A stretch of DNA of 64,000 nucleotides. It comes from an uncultured bacterium. Lineage in GTDB: Bacteria > Patescibacteriota > Minisyncoccia > Phycocordibacterales > CAIRYW01. The stretch spans positions 196,352-260,351 of the forward strand of contig CAVYBO010000001.1 in NCBI GenBank assembly GCA_963766885.1. The letters are read 5' to 3'. Position 1 is the first letter of the stretch. Every line of letters starts with the position of its first letter. A program made the translations under genes and the position numbers. The notes below the pieces were generated by a model, which worked only from the letters and a program-made list of their open reading frames with translations, had not been told where the DNA came from and ran no database searches. Positions 29,863 through 38,926 of this stretch are shown one piece after another.

Positions 29863-29869
29863 ACCTATA

Positions 29870-30706
29870 TTATAGATGCTTTTTTATTAATTTAGAAATT
29901 GCTAAAAGCTCAGCTTCAGGAGTTTTTTCTCGACTACCTGGTCGATAAATAAACTTTCGCGGTTCATATTTGGTAATTCCCGTATCACCAGATTTTCTGG
30001 GTAGAAGATGCAAGTGAAAATGGGGAACAGATTGACCGGCCAATTCTCCTTCATTCCAAGCAATATTAAATCCTTCCGCTCTAAAAGTTTTTTCAAGAGC
30101 AATTTCTAAATCTCTAAGTAGGTGGAAAATATCTTTTTTCTCATTTACTGTTAATTCTTCAAAAGTGGCAGCGCATCTTTTTGGAGCTATCAAGACATGC
30201 CCTGGAACAATTGGAATATTTGTAGGAAACGCCCAAGCATATTTATTCTCTACGACTGTTCTTTTCTTAATTTCTGGAATAGTACAATATACGCAATCTT
30301 TTTTTTTTAACTGCGAAATTTTTTTGATTGTAAAATCTACGCCGATTTCGGGTTTGTATTTTTTGAGCGCTTCACCTAGTCCGATTTGGTCAAATCCCAA
30401 AGCGATTATGTTTGGTTTGGTTTTTTTGACTGGAGTCCAATTGCCGAGTTTTTTATCTCCTCCAATAACTTTGTCTGCGATTCCCAGTTTTTCTATAGCT
30501 TTCATTCTTTTGGTCATAGAATTTTTTGGTTTTCTTTGTTTTCGGAAAAAAACACTTTCATCGCTTGCAACAGATACAGTCAAATTTCCAAGCTTTTTGG
30601 CTTGGCTTAGAAAATGAATGTGTCCTGGATGGATCACATCAAACGTTCCAAAAACCAAAACTTTTTTTTGTTGAGCTTTAGCCATAAGTTGATACAATGT
30701 TATCAC
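29870..30706 (-). CDS. cytidylyl/adenylyltransferase-like (HxGH) nucleotidyltransferase fused to HIT-family hydrolase
   Basis: N-terminus VLVFGTFDVIHPGHIHFL is the HxGH nucleotidyltransferase motif. The C-terminal domain has the HIT motif SVPHFHLHLLPR (H-phi-H-phi-H-phi-phi). Confidence 0.7.
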   Translation of the reverse strand: MITLYQLMAKAQQKKVLVFGTFDVIHPGHIHFLSQAKKLGNLTVSVASDESVFFRKQRKPKNSMTKRMKAIEKLGIADKVIGGDKKLGNWTPVKKTKPNIIALGFDQIGLGEALKKYKPEIGVDFTIKKISQLKKKDCVYCTIPEIKKRTVVENKYAWAFPTNIPIVPGHVLIAPKRCAATFEELTVNEKKDIFHLLRDLEIALEKTFRAEGFNIAWNEGELAGQSVPHFHLHLLPRKSGDTGITKYEPRKFIYRPGSREKTPEAELLAISKLIKKHL

Positions 30707-30725
30707 AAAATAATTATTTAAATTT

Positions 30726-31709
30726 ATGTTAAAAACAGCAGAATCGGTTTCAGTCGGTCATCCAGATAAAATTTGCGATCAGATTTCTGATGCAATTTTG
30801 GATGCGTGTTTAAAAGATGACCCAAATTCTCGCGTGGCTATTGAAGTGATGGGAGGACACGGAATTATTTCCATAACAGGTGAGCTCACAACTTCCACGT
30901 ACGTGAATATGAGAAAGATTGCTCAGGAAGTTTATAAAGATTGCGGATATAATGAAAATATTGGGGTCAATGTAAACGTGGTGGAGCAAAGTCCGGAGAT
31001 TGGTGCTGGCGTGGACAGGGAAGGCGCGGGAGATCAGGGAATAATGGTTGGATACGCAACTTCGGAAACTCCAGAATTTTTGCCGCTTGAAGTTGTGCTT
31101 TCACGCAAGCTTGCCAAATCAATGGGCAAGCATGATGGCAAAAGCCAGGTGACAGTGGACAATGGTAAAGTGGTCAAAATTCTGACTTCGCTTTGTGACA
31201 ACGGAAAAATGCAAGACGTAACTCTAGAAGAAACCGTAAGAAAAGAAATCTTGCCGCATTTTGATGGAACTTGGGAAGAACTCCAAAAAGCTTGGCTTCA
31301 AAATCCAAACGGCGAATGGAAGATTGGCGGATTTGCAGCAGACACAGGACTCACTGGCAGAAAACTTGCTGTTGATAATTACGGCCCAAACATTCCTGTT
31401 GGAGGAGGATGTTTTTCTGGCAAAGACGCTACCAAGGTGGACAGAAGCGGAGCATACATTGCTCGCAGAATTGCAGTTGATTATTTGAAGAAAAAAAATG
31501 CCAAAGAAGTATACGTGCACATTGCATACGCAATTGGCGTTGCAGAACCTCTGATGGCTGTGGTGGATATTGATGGAGTGCAGGAAGAAATTTCTGGATA
31601 TGATCTTCGGCCTCTTGCGGTAATTGATTATTTGGATTTAAGAAAACCTCAATATAGAGAAACTGCAAAATACGGACACTTTGGAAACGGTTTTGCTTGG
31701 GATCGATAA
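30726..31709 (+). CDS. metK: S-adenosylmethionine synthetase (short form)
   Basis: ESVSVGHPDKICDQISDAILDA and GAGDQGIMVGYA are MetK signatures. At 327 aa it is shorter than canonical MetK. Confidence 0.85.
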   Translation: MLKTAESVSVGHPDKICDQISDAILDACLKDDPNSRVAIEVMGGHGIISITGELTTSTYVNMRKIAQEVYKDCGYNENIGVNVNVVEQSPEIGAGVDREGAGDQGIMVGYATSETPEFLPLEVVLSRKLAKSMGKHDGKSQVTVDNGKVVKILTSLCDNGKMQDVTLEETVRKEILPHFDGTWEELQKAWLQNPNGEWKIGGFAADTGLTGRKLAVDNYGPNIPVGGGCFSGKDATKVDRSGAYIARRIAVDYLKKKNAKEVYVHIAYAIGVAEPLMAVVDIDGVQEEISGYDLRPLAVIDYLDLRKPQYRETAKYGHFGNGFAWDR

Positions 31710-31716
31710 TATTTAA

Positions 31717-32472
31717 TTAAATAAGAGTAATTTCTTTTTGAACGGGGGTTGTTATGACGACTTTATTTTCAGTTGAAATATAAAAATCAATTTCTGTTCG
31801 CATTCCAAAAGTTTTGAAATACATTCCAGGTTCAATTGTATAACCAATATTTTTTAGAATACGCGAATATTCTTTCCAGTTAAGACTTGGAAATTTGCCA
31901 TGGGGACTGTCAAAACCTAAAGCATGGCCCCAAGCCGGTTTTAGTCCGTCTGCGAAACCGTTTTCTCCAATGTAATCATTTGATGCTCTAGATATATCCA
32001 CACAGCGTGGAAGAATATTTTTCTTTATTTCTTTTTCGATATGTTTTACTGCTTTATCTAGAGATTTACTCAAAACTTTCCATGTTTTTTCAATATCCTT
32101 AGGAATTTTTGTTCCACAAAAAAACATCCATGTCATATCTGCATAAGGAGTATTTCTTTTATTTAATCTTGCCCAAATATCTAAAAGAATAAGATTATTT
32201 GGCTGCAATTTTTTACCTTTTCCTTTTACAAAATAATGCACGTTGGCAGTGTTTTCTTTGAATGCTGCTATGCATTGAACTTTTTTATCATCGTTTATAA
32301 GTCCGTGTTTTTTGTAAGATTTTTTGACAAAATCTACAACATCTTTTTCGTAGACATTTTTCTGCTTGGATTTTATAAATTCAGCAACTTCGTTCTTAAT
32401 TTCACCGAGAGCGTTCGCGGCCTCAAAGTGATCTTTGATTTGAGTTTTAGTCCAAGAATGTGAACTTGCCAT
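31717..32472 (-). CDS. M24-family metallopeptidase (aminopeptidase P / MetAP-like pita-bread domain)
   Basis: PAWGHALGFDSPHG and EPGMYF...GMRTEIDFYIS resemble the M24 metal-ligand H and E motifs. The N-terminal domain is absent. Confidence 0.5.
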   Translation of the reverse strand: MASSHSWTKTQIKDHFEAANALGEIKNEVAEFIKSKQKNVYEKDVVDFVKKSYKKHGLINDDKKVQCIAAFKENTANVHYFVKGKGKKLQPNNLILLDIWARLNKRNTPYADMTWMFFCGTKIPKDIEKTWKVLSKSLDKAVKHIEKEIKKNILPRCVDISRASNDYIGENGFADGLKPAWGHALGFDSPHGKFPSLNWKEYSRILKNIGYTIEPGMYFKTFGMRTEIDFYISTENKVVITTPVQKEITLI

Positions 32473-33685
32473 CTTTGTATATTACTTTTTGTGTACCGTC
32501 TTTCATATAAGCTGTCACTGTGCGGGGAGTGGTCGACACAATATCCGTGTGCACAGAAGAAGAGTTGAATCCCAACGCTTCCCAGTCTTCGGGATCAAGT
32601 TTGGATGGATCATCAGCCAAGCAATCATGATAAGCGTTTCCAAGCGCAATGTGTGTGTTACCGTTTGGACCACCGACGTTTTCATCAAACAAAGTTTCTG
32701 CCATAAATTTGGTAATTCGAGAAAATCTTTTATCAGTCAAAGAAAATTCTCCGACTTTGTCTGCGTTTTTGGTAGCAATCATCTGTTTGAGCACTTTTTC
32801 ATTTTGCTTTGCTTTGCTTTTTACAACTTTGCCATCTTTAAACCACAACTCAATTCCTGTAATCAAATTGCCATATCGATAAAGCGGTTCGGAAAATCTT
32901 ATCCAGCCGCTTGTGCCGCGCCAATCAGGAGAAGTGAACAATTCAAATGATGGAATATTTCTACCGATTCCGCCCATCCATCTGCGCCTTTTGCCCAGTT
33001 GAACCCAAAGATCAACATCCAGCCCTTTGACATGCATTTTTTCAATCGGCATTTTGTTAAGCTTAAATTGTGCGTTTCCTATCATTGCAGAAACTTTTTT
33101 CCACTCCTTGATTGGGTCTTTCTTGTCCAAAAAACAGGCATTAATAATTTCTTTCCAGTAATCTTTGAGGCTCATTTTGGCTTCCTTTGCCATTGCTGGT
33201 GTGCCGTAAAGAGCAAGTGTCCAAGTGAAGAGACCTGCGTTTTCTTTTTTATTTCGCCACTCCATGTATGGCTTAAAAGCTTCGCCGCGCGCCATTATCT
33301 TTTTTGGATCGATGCCTTTGAGAATGTGCTTGTTGGTATCGGAGAGAATGTAAATCGAATGGTCTATTTCATCAACTAAGCCTTTGAGATATTTGGAAGG
33401 GAAGTATTTAAGCTGCTCGGCGCTTGCAAGCTCATAAAAAGCGCGGCTGACGTTTGCGTTTGCTTTGTCGTACGTTTCTTTGTCATCGGGAATATAGTTT
33501 TGGATTACATTTCCGCCGGCTTTGATGATTGCTTTATAAAGTTCAATGTATAAAGGTTTCGAGTATTCGTTTGCTGTTAAATAAACCGTCTCACCTTTTT
33601 TGATTCCTGTGCCTCCACCTAAAGCAAAGTTTATTAAAACATCCGCGTAGCGTTCGATGATTTTTTTTGGTGGTTGATAGTCCAT
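32447..33685 (-). CDS. M29-family aminopeptidase (AmpS/PepS-like)
   Basis: 412 aa with GGPNGNTHIALGNAYH and SSVHTDIVS, characteristic of thermophilic aminopeptidase T (M29). Confidence 0.75.
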   Translation of the reverse strand: MDYQPPKKIIERYADVLINFALGGGTGIKKGETVYLTANEYSKPLYIELYKAIIKAGGNVIQNYIPDDKETYDKANANVSRAFYELASAEQLKYFPSKYLKGLVDEIDHSIYILSDTNKHILKGIDPKKIMARGEAFKPYMEWRNKKENAGLFTWTLALYGTPAMAKEAKMSLKDYWKEIINACFLDKKDPIKEWKKVSAMIGNAQFKLNKMPIEKMHVKGLDVDLWVQLGKRRRWMGGIGRNIPSFELFTSPDWRGTSGWIRFSEPLYRYGNLITGIELWFKDGKVVKSKAKQNEKVLKQMIATKNADKVGEFSLTDKRFSRITKFMAETLFDENVGGPNGNTHIALGNAYHDCLADDPSKLDPEDWEALGFNSSSVHTDIVSTTPRTVTAYMKDGTQKVIYKDGKFTFLD

Positions 33686-34950
33686 TATCTTATTTTATTT
33701 TTTATTTTCTGATAAATTTCTGGAATTATTTCAACATATACAAGGGAAGAGGTGTAAAAGAAAACTCCAAAACAGAATCCTCCCAAGACATCACTTGCCC
33801 AATGCTCGCCGAAATAAACTCGTGAAAATGCAACTAGAAATATCATAACCCCGCTCAATATAGAAAGCAAAATAAACTCCCAATTCTTTAAATATTTTTT
33901 TGCCAAGTAGCAAAGGGAAAGAAAGAATACCGTGGCAATTACAGCGTGCCCGCTTGGAAAGCTAGAGCTGCTCTCAGGAAAGAAATGTCGTATTAAAGGC
34001 CTTGGTCTTGAAAATATCGCTTTAAGAATCAAGACTGATAAACCGCTTATCCCAAGAGAAAAAAGCAAATAAAAAAAGTCTTCATATTTTCTGTATAGAA
34101 GAAGAATTAAAATTGGTATGGCTGCAATAGCAGAAAATGTCCACGGTCCGATCCATCCAAGCCACCACAATGATGAGAGAATAAATCGGTTTCTTGACGG
34201 AGCAACTAATGCTGAAATTTGGCTGTCAATAATCGAAAGAATTCCGTGATCCGAAACATTTTGAGCGATAATCGCAAAGGCGTAAAGCGAGATGATTGAT
34301 ACGATAAAAAGTATAATTTGATTCTTTCTGAATTTGACACCTCTTTTTTTGGCTTCTTCGGCGAGATATAAAACAAAGATAGCTATTGCTGTGGCAATTG
34401 CAAAAAACTTTCCAATTGCGGGCACGATAATCAAAAACCCTTCACCAAGCACAAATCCTAAAACTGAAAAAGATACAGACCACAGAATACTTGCGCCAAG
34501 CGCCAAACATAAAAATTTTCCTGTGCCTATATCTGCAATTCCGGCAAAAAAAGGCGAAAGAGCTCGGGTAAAAGAATTAAATCTGCCGAGGAATACTGTT
34601 TTACCTGAATGTTCCCGAGTTATTTTTTTAGTTTTTTCAATTCTCTCATGGCCAATAAATCTTGAAATTATTTTCATAGTCGAAGTCTCGTATTTTTTGC
34701 CAAGTAAAAAAGCCAAAACATCTCCTAGAAATGAGGCTAAAATTCCAAATATAATTACGTGCCAAATACTAAAAAGACCAAGACGGGCAAAAACGGCTGC
34801 TAAGACAAGTATCGTCTGTCCAGGGACGAAAAATCCAATCAAAGGCAGCGATTCAAGGGCGCTTGAGAGGAAAACAATAAGCAGGCCGAACTCTTGAAAG
34901 ATTAATTTGTTTGTATAAATAAACTCTAAAATGGCTTTTTCGGGATACAT
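33685..34950 (-). CDS. membrane protein: N-terminal DedA-like domain fused to C-terminal PAP2 phosphatase (BcrC/PgpB-like)
   Basis: N-terminal part is DedA-like (FFVPGQTILVLAAVFA ... FLGRFNSFTRALSPFFAGIA). C-terminal PAP2 motifs are KAIFSRPRP, PSGH and SRVYFGEHWASDVLGG. Confidence 0.7.
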   Translation of the reverse strand: MYPEKAILEFIYTNKLIFQEFGLLIVFLSSALESLPLIGFFVPGQTILVLAAVFARLGLFSIWHVIIFGILASFLGDVLAFLLGKKYETSTMKIISRFIGHERIEKTKKITREHSGKTVFLGRFNSFTRALSPFFAGIADIGTGKFLCLALGASILWSVSFSVLGFVLGEGFLIIVPAIGKFFAIATAIAIFVLYLAEEAKKRGVKFRKNQIILFIVSIISLYAFAIIAQNVSDHGILSIIDSQISALVAPSRNRFILSSLWWLGWIGPWTFSAIAAIPILILLLYRKYEDFFYLLFSLGISGLSVLILKAIFSRPRPLIRHFFPESSSSFPSGHAVIATVFFLSLCYLAKKYLKNWEFILLSILSGVMIFLVAFSRVYFGEHWASDVLGGFCFGVFFYTSSLVYVEIIPEIYQKIKNKIR

Positions 34951-34986
34951 AAAAGCTCATTATATCATTTGTGATATAATTTTTTC

Positions 34987-35751
34987 ATGCATATTTTTCA
35001 GGCGCTTATTTTGGGAATTGTAGAAGGTTTAACTGAATTTTTACCGGTGTCTTCAACTGGACATTTGATCATTGCCGCCAAGCTTTTGGGATTGCCAAAT
35101 ACGAATTTTTTGAATGTTTTTGAAATTGTTATCCAAGTCGGGGCAATCCTTGCGGTGGTAGTTTTGTATTTTAAAAAATTTTTGGATATTGAAATTTTAA
35201 AGAAAGTTGTTGTTGGATTTATACCAACTGCAATTATCGGTCTGATATTTTATAAATTCGTCAAAAATTTTCTTGGCAGCACGGATATTGTGCTCTGGGC
35301 AATGTTTCTGGGTGGTTTAATTATAGTGATTTTTGAATTGCTTAAAAGAGATAACAGGGAAGTGGAAAATGGAGTTAAAAATTTGACATACAAACAATGC
35401 GTCATCATAGGGCTCTTCCAATCAGTAGCAATAATTCCCGGTGTTTCGCGTTCTGGAGCAACAATCATTGGCGGCCTTTCAATAGGAATAGATAGAAAAA
35501 CTATTACAGAATATTCTTTTTTGATTGCTGTGCCGACAATGATTGCTGCTTCTGGACTTGAGCTTATTAAAGGCGCTGGAGGCATTACAACAAATGAATT
35601 TGGACTGATCGCCTTTGGATTTCTAGTGGCATTTGTTGTGGCGATAGTCGCTGTTAAATCCTTTATCGGATTTATCAGGCACCACAAGTTCACAGGCTTT
35701 GGGATTTATAGAATTATCGCCTCGGTATTTTTCTTCTTTTTGGTTGGATAA
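34987..35751 (+). CDS. uppP: undecaprenyl-diphosphatase
   Basis: ALILGIVEGLTEFLPVSSTGHLII is the BacA/UppP signature. 254-aa polytopic membrane protein. Confidence 0.9.
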   Translation: MHIFQALILGIVEGLTEFLPVSSTGHLIIAAKLLGLPNTNFLNVFEIVIQVGAILAVVVLYFKKFLDIEILKKVVVGFIPTAIIGLIFYKFVKNFLGSTDIVLWAMFLGGLIIVIFELLKRDNREVENGVKNLTYKQCVIIGLFQSVAIIPGVSRSGATIIGGLSIGIDRKTITEYSFLIAVPTMIAASGLELIKGAGGITTNEFGLIAFGFLVAFVVAIVAVKSFIGFIRHHKFTGFGIYRIIASVFFFFLVG

Positions 35752-35756
35752 AGCTT

Positions 35757-36479
35757 CTATCTAAAGTTTTCGTATTTGTGCGTTACTGGCTTGTGGATTA
35801 AAACTAAAGAAACAAAATTTATTATATATTTAAAGATAGTGTTTGTTGCGCCCTGATTTTTGAATCGCCTCGCTGAAGAATACATTTTAAATCCTAAGGA
35901 AAATTTAACTTTGCCAAACTCTGAGGCTCGTCTTGCTGTGTCTGTATCATCTCCGTAAAATGTTATTGAAGTGTCTAGGCCTCTCATTTCTGTGAGCACC
36001 TTTCTTGATATTGCTAAATTGTTAAATACTGCCATATATCCTACAAATAAATATACCGGCATCGAAACAACATACCAACAAAACCATACTAGTAATTTTT
36101 CCACAAAAGAAGCGTCGTAATAAAACATCGGTCCACTTAAAATGGCTAGCTTTGGATTTTTAGAAAATTCTTCAACTATTTTTTGGCTCCAATCGTTTGG
36201 CATTTGTGTATCGGCATCCGTAAAAGCGATAATGTGGCCGGTTGAAATTTCTACTCCTCTTTGTCTTGCGTTCATAACGCCTTTCTGCGGTTCCTCGATA
36301 ACTTTTACTTTCTTAAATGTTTTCGCGATCTCCACAGTGCGGTCCGAGCTGCAGTTTGCCACAACGATGATTTCAAAAAAATGATTATTAGAATTGGATA
36401 TTGCTCGGAGACAGTTGCCAATGTATTTTTCTTCATTGTAAGCAGGAATAACCAAACTGATCTTTAAATCATTTTCCAT
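35757..36479 (-). CDS. family 2 glycosyltransferase
   Basis: ISLVIPAYNEEKYIGNCL ... IIAFTDADT (DxD) is the GT-A fold GT2 N-terminus. Confidence 0.8.
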   Translation of the reverse strand: MENDLKISLVIPAYNEEKYIGNCLRAISNSNNHFFEIIVVANCSSDRTVEIAKTFKKVKVIEEPQKGVMNARQRGVEISTGHIIAFTDADTQMPNDWSQKIVEEFSKNPKLAILSGPMFYYDASFVEKLLVWFCWYVVSMPVYLFVGYMAVFNNLAISRKVLTEMRGLDTSITFYGDDTDTARRASEFGKVKFSLGFKMYSSARRFKNQGATNTIFKYIINFVSLVLIHKPVTHKYENFR

Positions 36480-36509
36480 ATGGAATAATTATAACACCAC
36501 GGGTGATTA

Positions 36510-36941
36510 TTATTGACTGCTTGTTGAAGTTGAAGTGCTGGATTGGTTGTTTCTAACCATCACTTGGTTTGCGGTTTCACTTCCGTCTGTGTTTGAAGTG
36601 CCGATAACCATTACGTTTGTGCCTGTAGCAAGATTATCTAATGATCCTGCAACACTCTCTGTTATGTTTGTGGACGGGCTGACAAATATTATCTGTGAAC
36701 CGCCGTTTTGAAGACTCAAAGTTATACTTTGGCTGTCTTTGGAAATAATTGTTCCAACAATTGCCCCCGCTCCCAGAGCGCCTGCTCTTGATCTAAATCC
36801 ACTAGCGCCGCTTGCTCCGGTTTGAAATGCTGTGGAGGATGCTTTGGTCTGAGAACCTTTATAATAATCTCCTGCAAAAAATCCAACAAAAAGAGCCACG
36901 ACTATTAAGATGACCACGAGAGTAAAATGTTTGTTATGCAT
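36510..36941 (-). CDS. membrane-anchored Ser/Thr/Gly-rich hypothetical protein (paralogous in architecture to 40634-41176)
   Basis: N-terminal TM anchor, then a low-complexity linker and a small beta-rich domain IIFVSPSTNITESVAGSLDNLATGTNVMVIG. Confidence 0.4.
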   Translation of the reverse strand: MHNKHFTLVVILIVVALFVGFFAGDYYKGSQTKASSTAFQTGASGASGFRSRAGALGAGAIVGTIISKDSQSITLSLQNGGSQIIFVSPSTNITESVAGSLDNLATGTNVMVIGTSNTDGSETANQVMVRNNQSSTSTSTSSQ

Positions 36942-36981
36942 ATTTTTATTTATTAATTTTAATTTTTAATTATTCAAACCC

Positions 36982-38205
36982 CTATTCAAATCGCAACGCT
37001 TCAATTGGATTAAGTGCCGCGGCTCTTTTTGCCGGATAATATCCAAAAATTATTCCGATGCCGGCAGATACACAGAATGCAAGGACAATAGGGTAGAGGC
37101 TTATTTGGGTTTGGATTATTCCCAAAGCACTGACCCCAAAGGCTATGCCGGTCCCCAGAATTATTCCAATTAGTCCGCCAAGGAAAGTAAGTATTACAGC
37201 TTCTGACAAAAATTGCAGAGAAATATCTCTGTTTCTTGCCCCGATTGCTTTACGCAGACCGATTTCTTTGGTGCGCTCAGTTACACTGGTAAGCATCATG
37301 TTCATAATGCCAATTCCTCCCACAAGAAGGGAAATGCCAGCCACTGACCCGAGTAGAACTGTGAACGTGCTTACAACACTTGAAGCCGTTGCCACAATAG
37401 AAGCTTCGTTTAAGGTGCTGAAATCCGCATTGGCGGGATTACTTATGTTATGTCTTTGAAGGAGAAGGGTTGTTATATCATTTTGCACTTGTGTCATTGC
37501 ATTGGAGGTTGCCGCTTCCACATCGATTTCTGTAAGATAAGTATTTCCTGTCAAAAAAGTTTGAGCATCGCTTTTTGGAATCATTATCATATCGTCTGCG
37601 TTGCTAAATCCACTTCCGCCTTTTGATTGGAGTACACCAACGACATTGAATACAATTCCTTTTATTGTGATTTGTTGACCAACAGGATCTGTTCCTGTTG
37701 CAAAGAGGTCTGATGCCGCAGTAGGTCCGAGGACCGCCACTTTTGCCATACTGGTTACTTCTGCGTCAGTTATAAAAGAGCCTTCGCTTACATTTACGTT
37801 TCTAACCAGGGCATACGATGCATCTGTTCCCAGCACAGTTGTGTTGGTGTTTGTCCCTTTGGCAGTGACTTGTTCTCTTCCGGAAACTTCGCCTGTGACA
37901 GCTGTGACATTGCTTACTTGAGAAAGGATGGCGTCAGCGTCGCCCTGAGTCAAAGTTTCGGCTGTGCCTCGGCCAGTACTGACTTGGTATCCTGGAGCTC
38001 TTTGGGCTCCTGGCGTGACCATTATCAAATTTGCTCCGATTGATTCGATATTTGCTTGAATTGAACTTTGCGCTCCGTCGCCAATTGCAACCATGGCGAT
38101 AACAGAACTGATACCAATAACAATACCTAAAACAGTAAGACCTGATCTTATTTTATTTGCCGAAAGGGCAGTGTATGTTTCTTCTAAAATGTCGTGGTAT
38201 GTCAT
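36982..38205 (-). CDS. ABC transporter permease, MacB/FtsX family
   Basis: An N-terminal TM segment, a large periplasmic domain and C-terminal FtsX-type TM helices (TERTKEIGLRKAIGA motif). Confidence 0.85.
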   Translation of the reverse strand: MTYHDILEETYTALSANKIRSGLTVLGIVIGISSVIAMVAIGDGAQSSIQANIESIGANLIMVTPGAQRAPGYQVSTGRGTAETLTQGDADAILSQVSNVTAVTGEVSGREQVTAKGTNTNTTVLGTDASYALVRNVNVSEGSFITDAEVTSMAKVAVLGPTAASDLFATGTDPVGQQITIKGIVFNVVGVLQSKGGSGFSNADDMIMIPKSDAQTFLTGNTYLTEIDVEAATSNAMTQVQNDITTLLLQRHNISNPANADFSTLNEASIVATASSVVSTFTVLLGSVAGISLLVGGIGIMNMMLTSVTERTKEIGLRKAIGARNRDISLQFLSEAVILTFLGGLIGIILGTGIAFGVSALGIIQTQISLYPIVLAFCVSAGIGIIFGYYPAKRAAALNPIEALRFE

Positions 38206-38924
38206 TTGCCGCTGTGAATTATTTTTGGAATTATTTTTTGCTTGTGCGTTTTTGAATCAGAAACTATAACCCCATCCCTTATGAAAACAATTCTTTGGGC
38301 GTGTTCCGCAACATCTGGTTCGTGGGTAATCAAGACTATCGTCCTGCCGTGCTCTTCATTTAATCGCTGAAATGTTCCGAGCACGATATCACCGGTTTTT
38401 GTATCAAGGTTTCCTGTTGGTTCATCAGCAAGAATGAGAACCGGGTCATTAACCAATGCTCTAGCAATTGCTACACGCTGGATTTGTCCCCCCGATAGTT
38501 CGTTTGAATTATGAAGGAAGTGGCTTTCGTCAAGTCCTGCTGCTAACAGAGCTTTTTCTGCAATAGGAGCGCGTTTTTCTCTTGGTACTCCGGCATAGAC
38601 AAGAGGGAGCATTACGTTTCGAAGCACAGTAGTGCGAGGAAGAAGATTGAATGCTTGAAAAACGAAGCCAATTTTTTCTCTGCGGATGTCCGCCAGCTCT
38701 TCGTCAGAAAGTTTGGATACATCTTTTCCATCAAGCAGGTATTGTCCGCTTGTTGGGGTATCAAGTGCGCCAATTATGTGCATAAGGGTGGATTTGCCGC
38801 TTCCCGATGGTCCCATAATCGCAACGAACTCTCCTTCATCAACATTAAAGCTGATACCATGCAGAGCCTCAAATTCTACGGCACCTGTCTTGTATGTTTT
38901 TCTAACGTTTTTGATTTCAATCAT
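38202..38924 (-). CDS. ABC transporter ATP-binding protein (MacB/LolD-like)
   Basis: Walker [10 protein letters not shown], signature [15 protein letters not shown] and Walker [12 protein letters not shown]. Confidence 0.9.
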   Translation of the reverse strand: MIEIKNVRKTYKTGAVEFEALHGISFNVDEGEFVAIMGPSGSGKSTLMHIIGALDTPTSGQYLLDGKDVSKLSDEELADIRREKIGFVFQAFNLLPRTTVLRNVMLPLVYAGVPREKRAPIAEKALLAAGLDESHFLHNSNELSGGQIQRVAIARALVNDPVLILADEPTGNLDTKTGDIVLGTFQRLNEEHGRTIVLITHEPDVAEHAQRIVFIRDGVIVSDSKTHKQKIIPKIIHSGK

Positions 38925-38926
38925 AT

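Noticed and set aside
30707-30725. SAM riboswitch upstream of metK
   Set aside because: The intergenic spacer is only about 20 nt. There is no room for a riboswitch.
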